Positions 1 to 14,153 of a DNA stretch of 64,000 nucleotides are shown here, one piece after another. The notes below the pieces were generated by a model that made no database searches, was not told the origin of the DNA, and worked only from the letters and a program-made list of their open reading frames with translations. Source of the DNA: Eledone cirrhosa (Eukaryota). Position 1 is the stretch's first letter. Every line of letters starts with the position of its first letter. The stretch lies in contig OZ024742.1 in the NCBI GenBank assembly GCA_964016885.1, positions 176,638,001 to 176,702,000 on the forward strand, written 5' to 3'. Both the position numbers and the translations under genes were made by a program.

Positions 1-109
1 ACATGATACTTCTACTGTGTTTTGATTGCATGCTCATATATGGACTGTACCCTTTGATAAGTTCAGCTAGGTCTCTGCCGTCTTAATACTACTGGTTTAG
101 TTCAGATCT

Positions 110-240
110 AACTGTCGAAACGGCCAGAGCTCAGCCGTCGGGGTCCTGAGTCTCTTCCTATTACCCAGTCTACTACCCTAAATATCGAATACTCTGGTGC
201 GTTATGGTCCACCTGGTTCATTACCACACTTTCTTTGTTA
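110..240 (+). repeat. Dispersed repeat, probable Penelope-like terminal fragment; second copy at about 10173-10298
   Basis: gtcgaaacggc..gagctcagccgtcggggtcct..ggtgcgttatggtccacctggttc is shared by both copies and each runs into (TA)n. The Penelope assignment is inference. Confidence 0.6.
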
Positions 241-309
241 TATATATATATATATAAGTTTATCCCGTGTTCAATCGAGAGTAACCACAGTAAGTAAGGT
301 ACTCAATAC

Positions 310-385
310 AAAGCAGAGTATAACTATTTAATATAGAAAGGATTCTACAGGACTAGAACTGTTTCATTCCGGAGAAGGCATCTCA
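310..385 (-). repeat. Short dispersed repeat; opposite-strand copy at about 12869-12925
   Basis: Reverse complement aatgaaacagttctagtcctgtagaatcctttctatattaaata matches aatgaagcagttctagtcctgtagaagccttttctatatttaata. Confidence 0.6.
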
Positions 386-449
386 ATAATGGGGTGTATA
401 AGTCGTACTGACTAAAAAAAATATTCTAACTCATATAATCTCCCTACCT

Positions 450-580
<131 letters not shown>

Positions 581-1049
581 CCTTGGTAACATTGATAGGT
601 TTCGGCTCTTATTGGATGTTTTTGTGTTGATGAATCTTGGTTCAATATTAGAGAGAACGGGTCCAGTTGTAGTGAAGTAGTTGTCCCTAATATTATCATC
701 AACTTTTGTAGAGAGAGGATAGCACGCTTAAGTGGATTTTAAGGTCGATGTTGATACCATTTGGGTAATGCTGATGGAATATTTTCCATATCAAACAGAT
801 GAAGTAGGCTCACAGGGGCTTCGGGAAGACTATAGTTTTTCTTGTCGACCCTAGGAGACAACCTCTGTCAGTCATGCTAACTGTTGTTTTATTTAATTGA
901 CGGGTGGGTTGCTTCAATTTCTATAATACCTTGTTTCTTGTGAGGAGACTACAGTGGAAATCAATATTGAACGTGGGGCCGGGCAGAGATAGAGAATAGA
1001 AAGATGTTTGTGTGGATGTCTCTTGACCACAATATTCTAAGAATCGAGG

Positions 1050-1755
1050 AACACATCCTGTGGGTCATGTCGACATTGTTGTTTATGTGAGTGTTCCAGT
1101 TTTGCTAACAACAATTACTCCAAGTCCTCAACTGTTGTTGGAGTGGGAGTGGGGGTGGGACAAAAATATGGTAACCTCAGTGCATCCTTTTGTCCAAAGC
1201 GGGTGAATTTAAATTAAGCAGCAAATTGATTTTTCTCCTATTGAATAACAGCAAACAAATCCGATTGAAAGCATCTCCGGTCTCCTACACCGTTGATGAT
1301 TTCCTGGAGCTTGGAATCATCTGCTAAGCATTTTATGTTGTTGAGCCTGATGGCGTCTTTGATGACACTGGTGTAAATAAGGAAGACAAGTGGTGCCCAA
1401 CACAGTACCTTGTGGTAGACCAACACTGATTTTGGCTGAACTTGAAGCTCCGACAACAAGAACAAGCTGGGATCTGGTTGTCAAGAAACATTTAATCCAC
1501 TCGAATACCTTTCAACTGATGTAAATGCTGGATAGTTTCTTCAATTGGATGCTGAGACCAACCCCTGTCAAATGCCTTACAGAAATCAAGGTATATTGGA
1601 GTATTGGAGCTCTCTACCAAAGGTTTTAAGGTGTCATCAAAGGGATGCAGAAACTGCAGTCCCTACCATCACAAAACCCATGATGGTGTGAGTTCAGCAG
1701 ATTGTTGCTTCCGAGGAAATGAGTTATTCGTGATCTAACCACCCATTACAATTTC
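1050..1755 (-). mobile_element. Decayed CR1/L2/Jockey-group LINE reverse transcriptase fragment
   Basis: Minus-strand remnants QGTVLG / PLVFLIY / KCLADDSKL / FQSDL, and an upstream YLDF-KAFD-like motif; frameshifted. Confidence 0.75.
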
Positions 1756-1757
1756 TC

Positions 1758-1807
1758 AAGAAGAAGAAGAAGAAGAAGAAGAAGAAGAAGAAGAAGAAGA
1801 AGAAGAA
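1758..1807. repeat. (GAA)n microsatellite
   Basis: Read directly. Confidence 0.97.
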
Positions 1808-2311
1808 TCTTCATATAATCATTATCACATCGACCACCGTCATTAGCATACTCTAAAGATATAATTTTCCAGTATCTCTGGCTTTTTTCTTCTTCCTTTC
1901 TCCGCCTTCTTCAGTTTATATATAATAATTTTATAAAAAAGAAATCAAAAATATTACATATACAAAATACCCAACAACAAAAAAAATTAACAAAGCAACA
2001 AAAAAAATAGAAAACAATTGTACAGAAACCAAGAGAGTCGTTTATAGTTATGTAATATTTCCTTGCATATACCGAATAGGAATTGGATTAACGGATTAGG
2101 AGAATAATAAATTAATACTCTCTGCCAACATTATTTCAAGCGTTCTCATGTCGACTTTAATATATACAATATAATATATTCTGATTATTGTTATTTCGTT
2201 GTTATTTCAAGATATTCCTCAAAATATATCGCATTGCACTAATCTATACGCTCTTTTAGTCATTTACGGATATTCACGTTTGTTGTTATATATATCATAT
2301 TTTACTGAATT

Positions 2312-2402
2312 TAATAATTGTTTCTACTTTAGGCACAAGGCCAGCAATTACCCAGTGCATTACTGGTACTTTATTTTATCGACCCCGTAAGGATGAAAGG
2401 CA
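2312..2402 (-). mobile_element. tRNA-derived Nin-domain SINE, 5'-truncated
   Basis: Matches the 3' half of the full copies (43287-43468); core gcctttcatccttacggggtcgataaaataaagtaccag. Confidence 0.85.
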
Positions 2403-2435
2403 GAAAGTAGAAATATGTGTTACAACTACCTAGAA

Positions 2436-5406
2436 CAGGAGTCAGCAACCTTTTGGAGAGAGAGGGCCAAACAGCTATGCAGTGTCATGGAGGAGGGCCA
2501 TGTTATTAAATATGTAAATACATTTTCTGGAGGTTTAAAGCAAAACAAGGAATTTAATATAATTTTATTTTAAGAAGGCCTCTTATTTTACTGCAGGAAT
2601 AAAATTTAAAAAAAAAAAAAAATCTACAAACAGATTCAACAAAAAAAAGCAAATTCCTTATTTTACTGCAGGAATAACAGAAAAACAACTACTATCACAA
2701 TCAATAAAATAAAAAAAAGCAAATTCCTTGCCACAAACGAAATACAGTTAGAAATGGTAAATGATTTAATGAGATACTTGTTTCTGCTTATTGTGCGATA
2801 ACTTCTCCACATCAGGTGAAATATTTGTCGATGACGGGAACAAAACATCATCCAGGTGGTCGTCACGCAATCTTGTTCTTAAATGACTTTTAGTATATTT
2901 CATTTTGAAAAAAGGTTGTTCACAAGCATATGTACTTCCAAATAATGATATCATCAGTTTCGCATTAGTCAAGAAGTTTTTATATTTTCTGCTTGGCAAT
3001 ATATATTTCTTGTAGAAGTCAGCGGTGGATTCGAACTGAAATTTCGATTTCAAAGATTCATCGCACTGTAAGTCAATTAAATCCAACTGATATTCTTCTG
3101 CCACTTGCTCGACATCTGTTTCGTAAGGAGTACCAAATAACTTAAATAGGGTTCCATATTGCCGAAAGTCAGCAAAACGAGAGGAAACTCGCTTCTCAAA
3201 TCCTTAATAGAGCTCCCAAAGATGTCTGGTTTTATATCTCTCTTGTGATTTTGGAGACTTGGGAAATGAGAGTTGTTTCCTTTTTGAAGTTGTGATTCCC
3301 ACAGCCGAAGTTTTCTCTCAAAAGCAGTAATTTGACCAAACATCTTAAATACAACCTTGTTCTTTCCTTGAAGCTCAAGATTCAAAGTATTCATGTGGGT
3401 ATTGATGTCCCCTAAAAAAGCTAAGTTCACAACCCACTGTGGATCCTGAAAGTAAGAATTATCTTGGTCTTTGCTCTCTAAAAACATAGAAATCTCTTCT
3501 CTCAATGCATATACTCGTTCTATCATTTTTCCGCGGCTAAGCCATCGAACATTTTAAAAATATGTAAGGTCGCCATATTCTGCTTCAATTTGTTTTAGAA
3601 AGTCTTGAAACTGGCGGTGATTTAGTTCTCTTGACAGTATACAATTCACTGTTTTCACGACCACTGCCATGATGTCCTTAAAATTCGGTGACTTTGCACA
3701 AAATGCTTATTGATGAATAATGCAATGAAGTTTGATTAGTTTTTTATCAATACCGATGTGGTTTTGGAGCAATGCAACAAACCCCTTTGTCTCTCCAACC
3801 ATTGCTGGTGCTCCATCTGTGATAAAGCTTTGATAAATCCAGATTTATTTCGGTAATCCATTTTATTATGCTTTCCAAAAATCTCCTCCAGTGCTAGTGT
3901 CCTTCATAGGAATCAATTGTACAAATTCTTCCACAATATCAAATGTTGGTGTTACACCCCTCACAAACACTGCAAGTTGACAAGTATCCTTCATATCTGT
4001 GGTTTCATCGATAGCAATGGAATAATACTCCAGATTATTTAAAATGCCCTCCAAGCCACTTCTGACATTTGCTGCCAGCTCTTCAATTCGCCTTGTTACT
4101 GTTCTTGCCGATAAGCTGATCGCAGAAAATAATTCGCTTTTTTTCTGGACAAACAACATCTGCTACCTTCAACAATAATTCTTTGAAGAAATCTCCATAA
4201 GTAAAAGGTTTCATCCTTTCTGCAATTAGTTTTAACACCTCGTAGCCAGCACGAGTGTTTCGTTCACTTTCTTCAACTTTTCTAGTGAAAAAGGATGATT
4301 GCTTTGTTACATTATTTCTCAGGCGTGCAACTTCGTTTACTTTTGCTTTTCCAGTAAAACTGTTGTAATGATTACGACAAGTTTCATAGTGCCGTTTAAT
4401 ATTTGAAACTTTCTTCACAGCAATGGTTTCTTGACAAATTAAGCAAACACATTTTCCGAAGTGCTCAATGAAAAAATAGCTAAGTGTGCAGCCATCGTTA
4501 AAAGTTAGGCACTCCAAATCCACTTTTCTTTTCTTAGCTTCCCTGGGCTTGTTTTTGTTCAAACAAAAAAGATTTATGGAAAGGAAAAAGAACAAAAAGT
4601 ATAATAATCAGAATGAAGAAATAAGAAACAATGGAAAACAAATGTAAATGTAAATACAGTAATGCGATAAAATATGATAATTGTGAATTAATTATATAAA
4701 ACCAGGTTTCTAACGACGTTGTTAGATCAGGGTTGCCATTTGTTTTTTTAAACCACTTTTGGCCTAATTCTAATAATAATAATTCACACAATTTATCACA
4801 AATAATTAAATAAACGTTATTATCGAATAAAAATACCTACTGTATAGTTGTTATACCACCAGACAACAAACTCAAATGAAAATACTCTGGGGAGGAGGGA
4901 ACGAAGTCATTTTTCCAGGGGCAGCTTTACATTGTGCCGACGGGCACAGGTAAGGTCAGGCAAACGAAGACGACAATAATTCACGAGTGATTTTATTGTA
5001 TGACAATATGGGTATAAAAGCGAATCATGCGAACCTTCCAGTCGCTGAGGAAAATGCATACTTCCAGCCAACATTTGTGTTTGTTGACTGGAACAAAAAC
5101 ACATACATAAAATCACAGGAAATAATAATACAGGTGATATAATGCTTGGCGGAAAGCCCAGAAAAATATGGATAAGAGGAAATAATAATAAATGGAAAAT
5201 ATAATAAGGTTACAAAGGTATCTGTAAATATATACGCTATGAGCAGCGATTTGTGATGGGCATCAGGTCGACATATCCTTGGGGTGAACTACTGTATCTG
5301 TATTCGATACTAATTAGATAATTAGTGTCCAGTGTAAGATGGCGGGCCGGTCAAAAATCACTCGAGGGCCGGATGTGGCCCGCGGGCCGGGTGTTACCGA
5401 CCCCTG
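2436..5406 (-). mobile_element. Complete hAT DNA transposon (Buster/Charlie/SPIN, GTF2IRD2-like transposase) with TIRs and 8-bp TSD
   Basis: TIRs caggagtcagcaac (from 2436) and gttaccgacccctg (to 5406), 11/14 match. Identical flanks ACCTAGAA at 2428-2435 and 5407-5414 fit the NNNTANNN Buster preference. GGGCC subterminal motifs at both ends. Confidence 0.95.
2766..4545 (-). pseudogene. Frameshifted hAT transposase
   Basis: Zinc-finger CVCLICQE..NIKRHYET, catalytic IAIDETTD, TDGAPAMVG, HCIIH and dimerisation FGSTYACEQ..MK..KS..RTRL motifs split over at least 4 frames. Confidence 0.93.
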
Positions 5407-5780
5407 ACCTAGAACACGACGCATTAATAATGCGCCCAACATCAGCCAAACCCAAAGCAAGCACGCTACCATAATATCATCACCACCAAATAGTATATCA
5501 ATCTTTAAAACACCCACATGCATAACTTGCAATCCTAAACTTTGCCGGAATTCTCAACGCGATAGATTATGTTTGTAAGGAGAATATCCCTTTGCTGATC
5601 TTACAGAGATTTCACACACTAATAGAAATAGGACTCCATGCCATCACCAAACCCACAGTAAAATCGCTACCTGCTGTATTAGAGTTTGTCCAAACTTTTC
5701 CCCGAAACTCAAGAACCACGCAGATATCCAATAAGTACAAAAGCACAACCAAACGCACAAACGTAATAGTAACGATAATC

Positions 5781-6640
5781 TGAGTTCGAATTCCGCTGGG
5801 GTTAGCTTTGCCTTTCCTTCTTACGGGGTCGATAAATAAAGCACCAGTAATGCACTGGATCGATTTAATCGACTTCCACTTCCTTTCAAATTGCTGGCCT
5901 TGTAACTAACGTCGAAACAATTATTATTGGGATCGATTTAATTAACTTATCTCGCCACAAATTGTTGGTCTTGTTCCTAAATTAAACAATAATTGTTTCT
6001 ACTTTTGGCACAAGGCCAGCAATTACCCAGTACATTACTGGTACTTTATTTTATCCACCCCGTAAGGATGAAAGGCAAAGTTAACCTCGGCGGGATTTGA
6101 ACTCAGACCGTAAAGGGACGTAACTATGCTGGAAAGCATGGCGTCCGACTCTCTACTGATACTGCCAATCCACCGCCCTAAATTAAACAATAATGTTATT
6201 ATCATCGTGACAGTGGATTTGCAGTATTACTATAGCACCGGACACCATGCTTCGCGACATGGAGTTACGGCCCTTTAAGTTCTGATTTCAAAACCCGTCG
6301 AGGTTAATTTTACGTTTCATCCTTACGTGGTCAATAAAATAACGCACCAGTTTAGCACTAGGGTCGATTTAATCGACTTTCGCCTACCCCCAAAATTGTT
6401 GGCCTTGTGCCTAAATCAGATAACACTACTATCGTTACGACAGTGCATTTGCAGTATTTGTAGTATACAGTTACGTTTGTTTATGTTCTGAGTTCAAATC
6501 CCTACGATGTTATCTTTACCTTTCATTCTTACGAGGTCGATAAAATAAAGTAACAGTAATTCACTAGAGTCGATTTAATCGTCTTTTCTCTCCCCCAAAA
6601 TTGTTGATTTTGCCCCTAAATCATAAACTACTATTATCAT
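5781..6640. mobile_element. Cluster of 4-5 SINE copies (+ 5781-5928; - 5988-6178; + about 6208-6430; + about 6437-6640)
   Basis: Repeated B-box gagttcaaatcc/gagttcgaattcc, Nin core and ggccttgtgcctaaa tail. Confidence 0.85.
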
Positions 6641-7099
6641 GCCAATATAAATACACACATTCCAATTCGTCATTCAAATCGTATTGACTTTTCTTTGCTT
6701 TTCCGTTTATAAATATTTACATATTTCTTCCAACCTAAAACATGTGCATACACATACCTCAAACTCGAGAGTGGATTCTCTAAAATGACAGGTAGTAAAT
6801 ACCATATCAATGATTGTATATATGTAAGTAATAGGGTGTGTGTGTGCTTGTAAGTACGAAGCTGTGAGCAAAAGTATGTTAATATAAGAGAGTGTGTGTG
6901 TCTGTTTATACAGAGCTGTGAAGAGAAAAGTAGAGGTGTTCGTGATATTCTGTTGGTCTGTATCAGCTGAGCCATAGGAATCTAGCGGTGAATGTACAAG
7001 CGCATGTGTGATAAAGGACAGGGTGAACGTGACGGGGAGGGGGGCAAAAGGTAGAGAAGTAAACGCGAGCGTATATGTGTAATATTAAAGAAATTGTGA

Positions 7100-7570
7100 T
7101 GGGAAGTTGAGTCCATGAAGGAAACAAGACACAAGGCGTTAAATCAAACTCTGTTTAGTCCCGGTGCGCGAAGCCTATGATCCGTGATGTAAAAGGACAA
7201 CAAGGACTGATACATGTAGGGAAGAGTGACTTGAGGAACGGAAATGATGGCGACAGGAGTATCCATACCGAGTCGTATATCTCTCAAATGTTCAGCAAAA
7301 CAGTCCGCCAAAAGGCTTGCCGTTTGTCCGATGGAACACCGGAGGCCATACACAACGTGGATGGAGGTACAGGTAAAGGAGTGCCGGATACGGAATGAAC
7401 CGTTGGTGCCTGTGAGAGTGGTGAGGTTGAAAATGAAAGGGCAGTTGTTACGGCGGCGACACGATAACAAGGAAGAGAGCCGGGTGGAGTCGTAGGATAG
7501 GACGAGAAGGAAGTGCGTACCAGAAGGTCGCGGAGATTACGGGCAGGCTTAAATGCGGTGATAGGTAGGT
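7100..7570 (-). mobile_element. Penelope-like element fragment (GIY-YIG endonuclease remnant)
   Basis: FTCTSIHVVYGLRCSIGQT..LADCFAEHLRDIR..PVA resembles the PLE GIY-YIG region, with a deletion. Confidence 0.8.
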
Positions 7571-8084
7571 TAGGAAAAAGGCTGTTCCAATCCCCTCTCT
7601 TTCTCTCCGAACTTTGCTATTTCATAAAGATGGACTTATGCTAAATACGTTGAAACGCGCGTTTACTTCCCTCCAAGCGTAAACCAAATAACATTCTGTG
7701 TTTTTGCATCTCTGTGTTTGTCCGGTTTATTCTTGAAATGTATATACAGTTTTCTTTTTAATTTACGGAGAAGGCTTTTCAGTTTATCAGAAAAGTGGAA
7801 GGATCATCGTTGTAATTGACGGAGATCTAACGCTCACGCACACACTAACACGCACGCACACACGCACGCACGCGCACACACACACACACGCACTCATACG
7901 CAAGGAGATATACACACAATGATATGTACGTATACATGGGCACCTGCGAGTGTGTTTGTGTGCATGTGTGCATGTGATGTGTGTGTACGGGAATGCGTTT
8001 CTATATAGAAATATCACACTTGAACACTATCGAAAAGCGAGCCATTTCATGGTATTAAAGAGACGATATATTTATCTTGTAAGC

Positions 8085-8220
8085 GACGAATTGGCAGAAT
8101 CATTAGAACGTTGGATAAAATGCTTTGCGATAAAAGCTTTGAATTAAAAGCGCTCCGGCCGAGGTCAACCTTGCCTTTTATCTTTTCTAGGTCCATAAGG
8201 TGCCAGTTTTATACTGGAGA
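8085..8220 (+). mobile_element. Degraded SINE copy
   Basis: tggcagaatcattag A-box remnant; gccgaggtcaaccttgccttttatc core. Confidence 0.55.
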
Positions 8221-9248
8221 CGATTCTTCCTTAATATCTCTTTCTTGCTTGATATTTTTCACTCTCCCTTGAGTAAATCGTCGAAGGATGTGCTTCCTCA
8301 GTTTTACAATGCCCCCAAAACGCTGTATATTACTACTCCCCCCCCCCCTTACGACTCCACTAGAAATTACGAGATTATACATGTTCATGGCCTATAATGC
8401 AACACTGCCGGGAGTTTCTTCTTTGCATCAGTTCGTATATTTGTGTTCCCCTTTATTTATTCTGTTTTCTCTCACCAGCGTTGAAACAAATGATACAAGC
8501 CACTTATCAACTGCTTGCACAAAAAGATCTATTAGTTTTCTGAAGACGGATTATCTACCTCAATATAGCCAGGGATGCACAAGATGAAAATATTCTAATA
8601 AGAAATCACGCTAAATTGTCCTTCCAAATTACTTTGAAATTTTATGAAATTGCTATACATTTGCTTGAACAGGGCGATGCTAGCAAGATGTGAGATTAGT
8701 TCTTCGGATCTCAACAATGATAAAAGCACGTGAGTAATCATTAAAATGGTAATTAGCCAAATGCAGTATCTTCTTCAAAGCGGCCAGAAAATTCTTCAAC
8801 GCAAATTTATCTCTGTTTTCTTCAATGGCAATTATATGGAAATCTTCTTTGCTTTTGCTTTGCAAAGTAGAAATGTTGTTTAAACGCAAATTTCATTCGC
8901 TTTAACTGATGATAAAAAATTCCCTGGTTATAATTAGTTCTTTATACAAATGTTTGTGTATATGTGTGTGTCTGTGTGGGTTTGTGTACGAGAGAGAGAG
9001 AGAGTGTGTGTGTGTGTGTGTGTGTGAGGGGGTGTGGGGGTGCGTGTGTGTGTGTGTGTCAGTGTGAGAGAAGCAAAGACAGAGAGACTGAGAGAATATT
9101 TGTGTATTTCTGCTAGTTTCTTTCAGTGATGTGTTGAAATGAGCGTGTTTCAGTGCGGCTACTTTGCTGGTTATTTCGCAAAGATGTGTAGGCTTAGTCA
9201 TGTATGATTTCAGTTCAATTTGTATAGATGTATGTATGCATGTGCTCT

Positions 9249-9304
9249 GCATACATACACACACATACATATATATATATACGTATACAAACATACACAC
9301 ACGC

Positions 9305-9374
<70 letters not shown>

Positions 9375-9484
9375 AGACATACATATATACATACATACAT
9401 ACATACATACATACATACATACATACATACATACATACATACATACATACATACATACATACATACATACATGTATCTATATAT
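9249..9484. repeat. (TA)n/(TACA)n compound microsatellite
   Basis: Read directly. Confidence 0.97.
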
Positions 9485-10093
9485 TTAGAATAGGATGATG
9501 ACGATCGTGGTAATGTCGATAATGCTGTGATGGCGTTTTTGGTAGAACAACACTATTTACTCAGAGACGAGGGGAAAGAAATTTCATATCGACAGGTTAA
9601 ACCTCATGGGGTCGACTTAAAGTAGGAATTGTAAGCCTAGGTTATTGAATGAACGTCACTGTAAAATGGTTGGAAATAATACACTTACTGTTCAGAAATA
9701 TTAAATATTCATCAGTGAAGATATGTTGCCTTTTCAATTATGAACGATTGTGAAATTTATTGTCCGTACACAAGAAAAGGGTAGATCAATGTCCAAATAG
9801 ATGAACAACTCTAAGCATGACAGATGGAGATTAAATTGCAAACAAATAACAAATGAAAGAAGAAATGAAAGGAGCCAATCTTCAGATCTGACCAAGAAAG
9901 CAATTTTATCATTGTCGTTTCCTTTGCTGATACTATATGCCGCTTGCAACACTTGGCAAAAGGAATGTCAGATTCGACCAAGGAAACTAATTCACTGATG
10001 CAAGTGCAACCCGATATACATCACATCTCACTCACCTAGACAGCAACAGACACTCGCACACACACACATAGTGCATGTATATATATATAAAGG

Positions 10094-10216
10094 AACGAGT
10101 AGGACCCCGACGGCTGAGCTCAAGCCGTTTCGCGGGCTAATTCTGGACAGAATTATTCTGAGTCCAGAATTAGCCGTCGAAACGGCTTGAGCTCAGCCGT
10201 CGGGGTCCTACTCGTT
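10094..10216. repeat. Near-perfect palindrome (about 55-bp arms) at the start of the 10173-10298 repeat
   Basis: aacgagtaggaccccgacggctgagctcaagccgtttcg ... cgaaacggcttgagctcagccgtcggggtcctactcgtt. Confidence 0.9.
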
Positions 10217-10298
10217 ACTATTACCCACTCTACTACCCTAAGTATTGAGTACTTTGGTGCGTTATGGTCCACCTGGTTCCTTACCACATTTCCTTCGT

Positions 10299-10330
<32 letters not shown>

Positions 10331-10961
10331 AATATGTGAGCTCGTTAATTGTTCTTATGACCTCAGCGTCCGAAAGAAGATGGTGTAGTGGTCGGATTTT
10401 ATGTGATCAGAAAATTATTCTTTCCACATTCTTGGTAGCAGGTGTGGAGGAGGACTTCTTATTACGAATATCAGCAAATTAAGTTCTCCAGTAGACCCCA
10501 CCTCTCTCTCTCTCTCTCTTACTTTCGTGCTGTTACTGTAGGTTCACCCAAGTGACCACTCTATGCGTAGTTTCCCATCTGTAAAGAGGTGTAGAACTAA
10601 ACAGAGTGTAGAATAATGGTAAAAGGAATAATTGTTATGCCTTCATTACGTTTATTGAGTACTGACGCGCGTTTCGCTATTGATCATCCCAAGGTTATAT
10701 CTGTATGGAATCAAAACCTCGTCGGTCCTCTGCTGTTGTCATTACAACAGCTGAGGTCCGACGAGCTTGTGATTCACAAGTGACAATTCTTTTGCAGCTG
10801 GAAAGTTCCCATTCAAGGTGTGTTTGTGGAAGACCAGTGGTCATCAATGCATGCCAAACTCCCCTCACATCGCCGCCGTTGTCCAAGGGATAGTCCGATA
10901 CAGCTTGGCACTAATGACGTCGCAAATCATTTCTACATCTGAGAGACCTGAAGCAACTTGA

Positions 10962-11080
10962 AATAATTGTTTCTACTTTAGGCACAAGGCCAGCAAATAC
11001 CCAGTGCATTACTGGTACTTTATTTTATCGACCCCGTAAGGATGAAAGGCAAAGTCAACCTCGGCGGATTTGAACTCAGA
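10962..11080 (-). mobile_element. SINE copy, truncated after the B-box
   Basis: Matches the family sequence. Confidence 0.88.
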
Positions 11081-11268
11081 TCGTACGTGAAATAATGCGC
11101 TTTGCTCAAGAACACAACGCACAGCCCGGTAGGATATTCGAACTCACAAGCTTATGAGCTCAACGTTAAGCCGCCCGCCTTCACTTTATATATATGTATA
11201 TACATATATAAAGTTATCGATATAGATATAGTATATATACTTATATATATACAATATGCCTATATATC

Positions 11269-11339
<71 letters not shown>

Positions 11340-11340
<1 letters not shown>

Positions 11341-12107
11341 TAAAACATGTCTATAAAATCACAAGATAAAATATATACTATTTCCTCTCCCAATTAGCAT
11401 AATTAACTATATAAAAAATCGAATAGACCAGGCTATACGAATGAGGCTTCTATGAAGGAATCTCCGACAAATGACCAAAACTAGTGCTTCGCGTCGGCCG
11501 TAGTGGAATATTTATCGAATATTTCGATAGCGTAATCGCCTAGATACAGTCAACTAAGCAGAATTAGGTTTAAACTAGGAGAAAACAGAATACATTTAAA
11601 TACCTCTACCATGGTTTCGTCCGTGTTTTGAGTTTTCCAATAATTATGTAATAATTATATAAACTCGAGCGCCGGATTCTTCAGGAAGCTCGCTCATATC
11701 TAGACATTAAATTTTCCAAAACGATCGCGCCAAGAATTCATTTCAAAATGGCTAAAAATCATGAAGTAGCCGCGGTCAAGTTGGAAGGGGTGTGGTAGTT
11801 GCTTACGACTGGTGGCATTTTTGCTAGAAAGCACAGCACAATACAGCCAAATTTTATCTCAACCTAGTGGGAGATTATTACATATAAAAGTTTACATATA
11901 TATATACATACACATACATATACGTGTTTTGCAACTAGTCACTTTGTGGCTCAATGAAAAATTAATAAATTAAACAATCAGAGCTATATAGCATAAAACA
12001 TGTCTATAGAATCACAAGAGAAAATATATACTATTTCCTCTCCCAATTAGCATAATTAACTATATAAAAAATCGAATAGACCAGGCTATACGAATGAGGC
12101 TTCTATG
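11340..12107 (-). mobile_element. Non-coding unit with about 116-bp direct terminal repeats (11340-11455, 11992-12107) and an internal hammerhead motif; PLE pLTR- or retrozyme-like
   Basis: cataaaacatgtctata..gaatgaggcttctatg is duplicated with 2 mismatches; flanked by TA-rich microsatellites. Confidence 0.55.
11603..11688 (-). ncRNA. Type I hammerhead ribozyme-like motif
   Basis: Minus strand reads cttc-CTGAAGA-atccg..long hairpin..cggac-GAAAC-catg-GTA-gagg: conserved core, palindromic stem III loop, GUA cleavage triplet, one mismatch at the base of stem II. Confidence 0.7.
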
Positions 12108-12135
12108 TATGTGTATGTATATATATATGTAAACT

Positions 12136-12172
<37 letters not shown>

Positions 12173-12280
12173 ATATATTCAAAATTAAATTAAATTAATT
12201 TAAGAGTGTCATGACAGAGGGACATACGCCACTCTCTGACATGACACCCTTAAATTAATTTAATTTAGTTTTGAATATAT
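12173..12280. repeat. About 108-bp imperfect palindrome between TA/TG microsatellites
   Basis: atatattcaaaattaaattaaattaatttaagagtgtcatg.cagag ... ctctg.catgacacccttaaattaatttaatttagttttgaatatat. Confidence 0.85.
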
Positions 12281-13057
12281 ATATACGGCCCCTTTTAAAA
12301 CCGTCTCACTCCTTTATAATATTAACACACCAGTTGATACCTTATTGATAATTATTTAAGGAACACATGTCGGAGAATACTTTACGTCTGTTTACGACTA
12401 AAGACGGTGGATTATTTGATCAAACAGCCTATCTTCACTAGAATAATATATTTATATAGTTGTATTTAGAGTAAGTCGCCCACCTTAAAAACATTCAACT
12501 TACGAACAAACGTCCGCAGATACGAAGAGTCTCACGAAGAAGAGAAAAGAATGTCTGAATTTGAACTGAATTTGACTCTTTCAGTAGGTATATATTTGGC
12601 AGAATTAAAAAAGTCCTTTTTTTATTTAACAATTTATTGTCATTAGTTTATATTATTTAAATTCTCATTTTTAAATCTTACGTATACCTCTATATACTCA
12701 GTGGCGGAGTGGCGGACTATCCAGGTTGCCAAGTTGCCCAATGGCAAGTGGGAACCAAAGGGGCCAGTTAGCATTGCAGAGCCTCACATTAGCATTGCAG
12801 GGATCACTGTAGTATTTTAGGAGCCATTGTTAGCCTTCGAAATGATTTATTCCTGATTATTTCTCCCCAATGAAGCAGTTCTAGTCCTGTAGAAGCCTTT
12901 TCTATATTTAATATTTATACTCTACTTACTCTGATTAACCCCGATTAAACCCGGTACTAGGGACGGTGGAGATGCTAGTCATGGGTTCAGTCCTGGTGAA
13001 CAAGTACATGTAAGCTTCATCTGTTTTTATTTTACATCCCATAGAAAAAAAAACTGA

Positions 13058-14153
<1,096 letters not shown>

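Noticed and set aside
8400-9960. Coding-looking minus-strand stretches at 8400-8890 and 9730-9960
   Set aside because: Interrupted by stops and not assignable to any family by eye.
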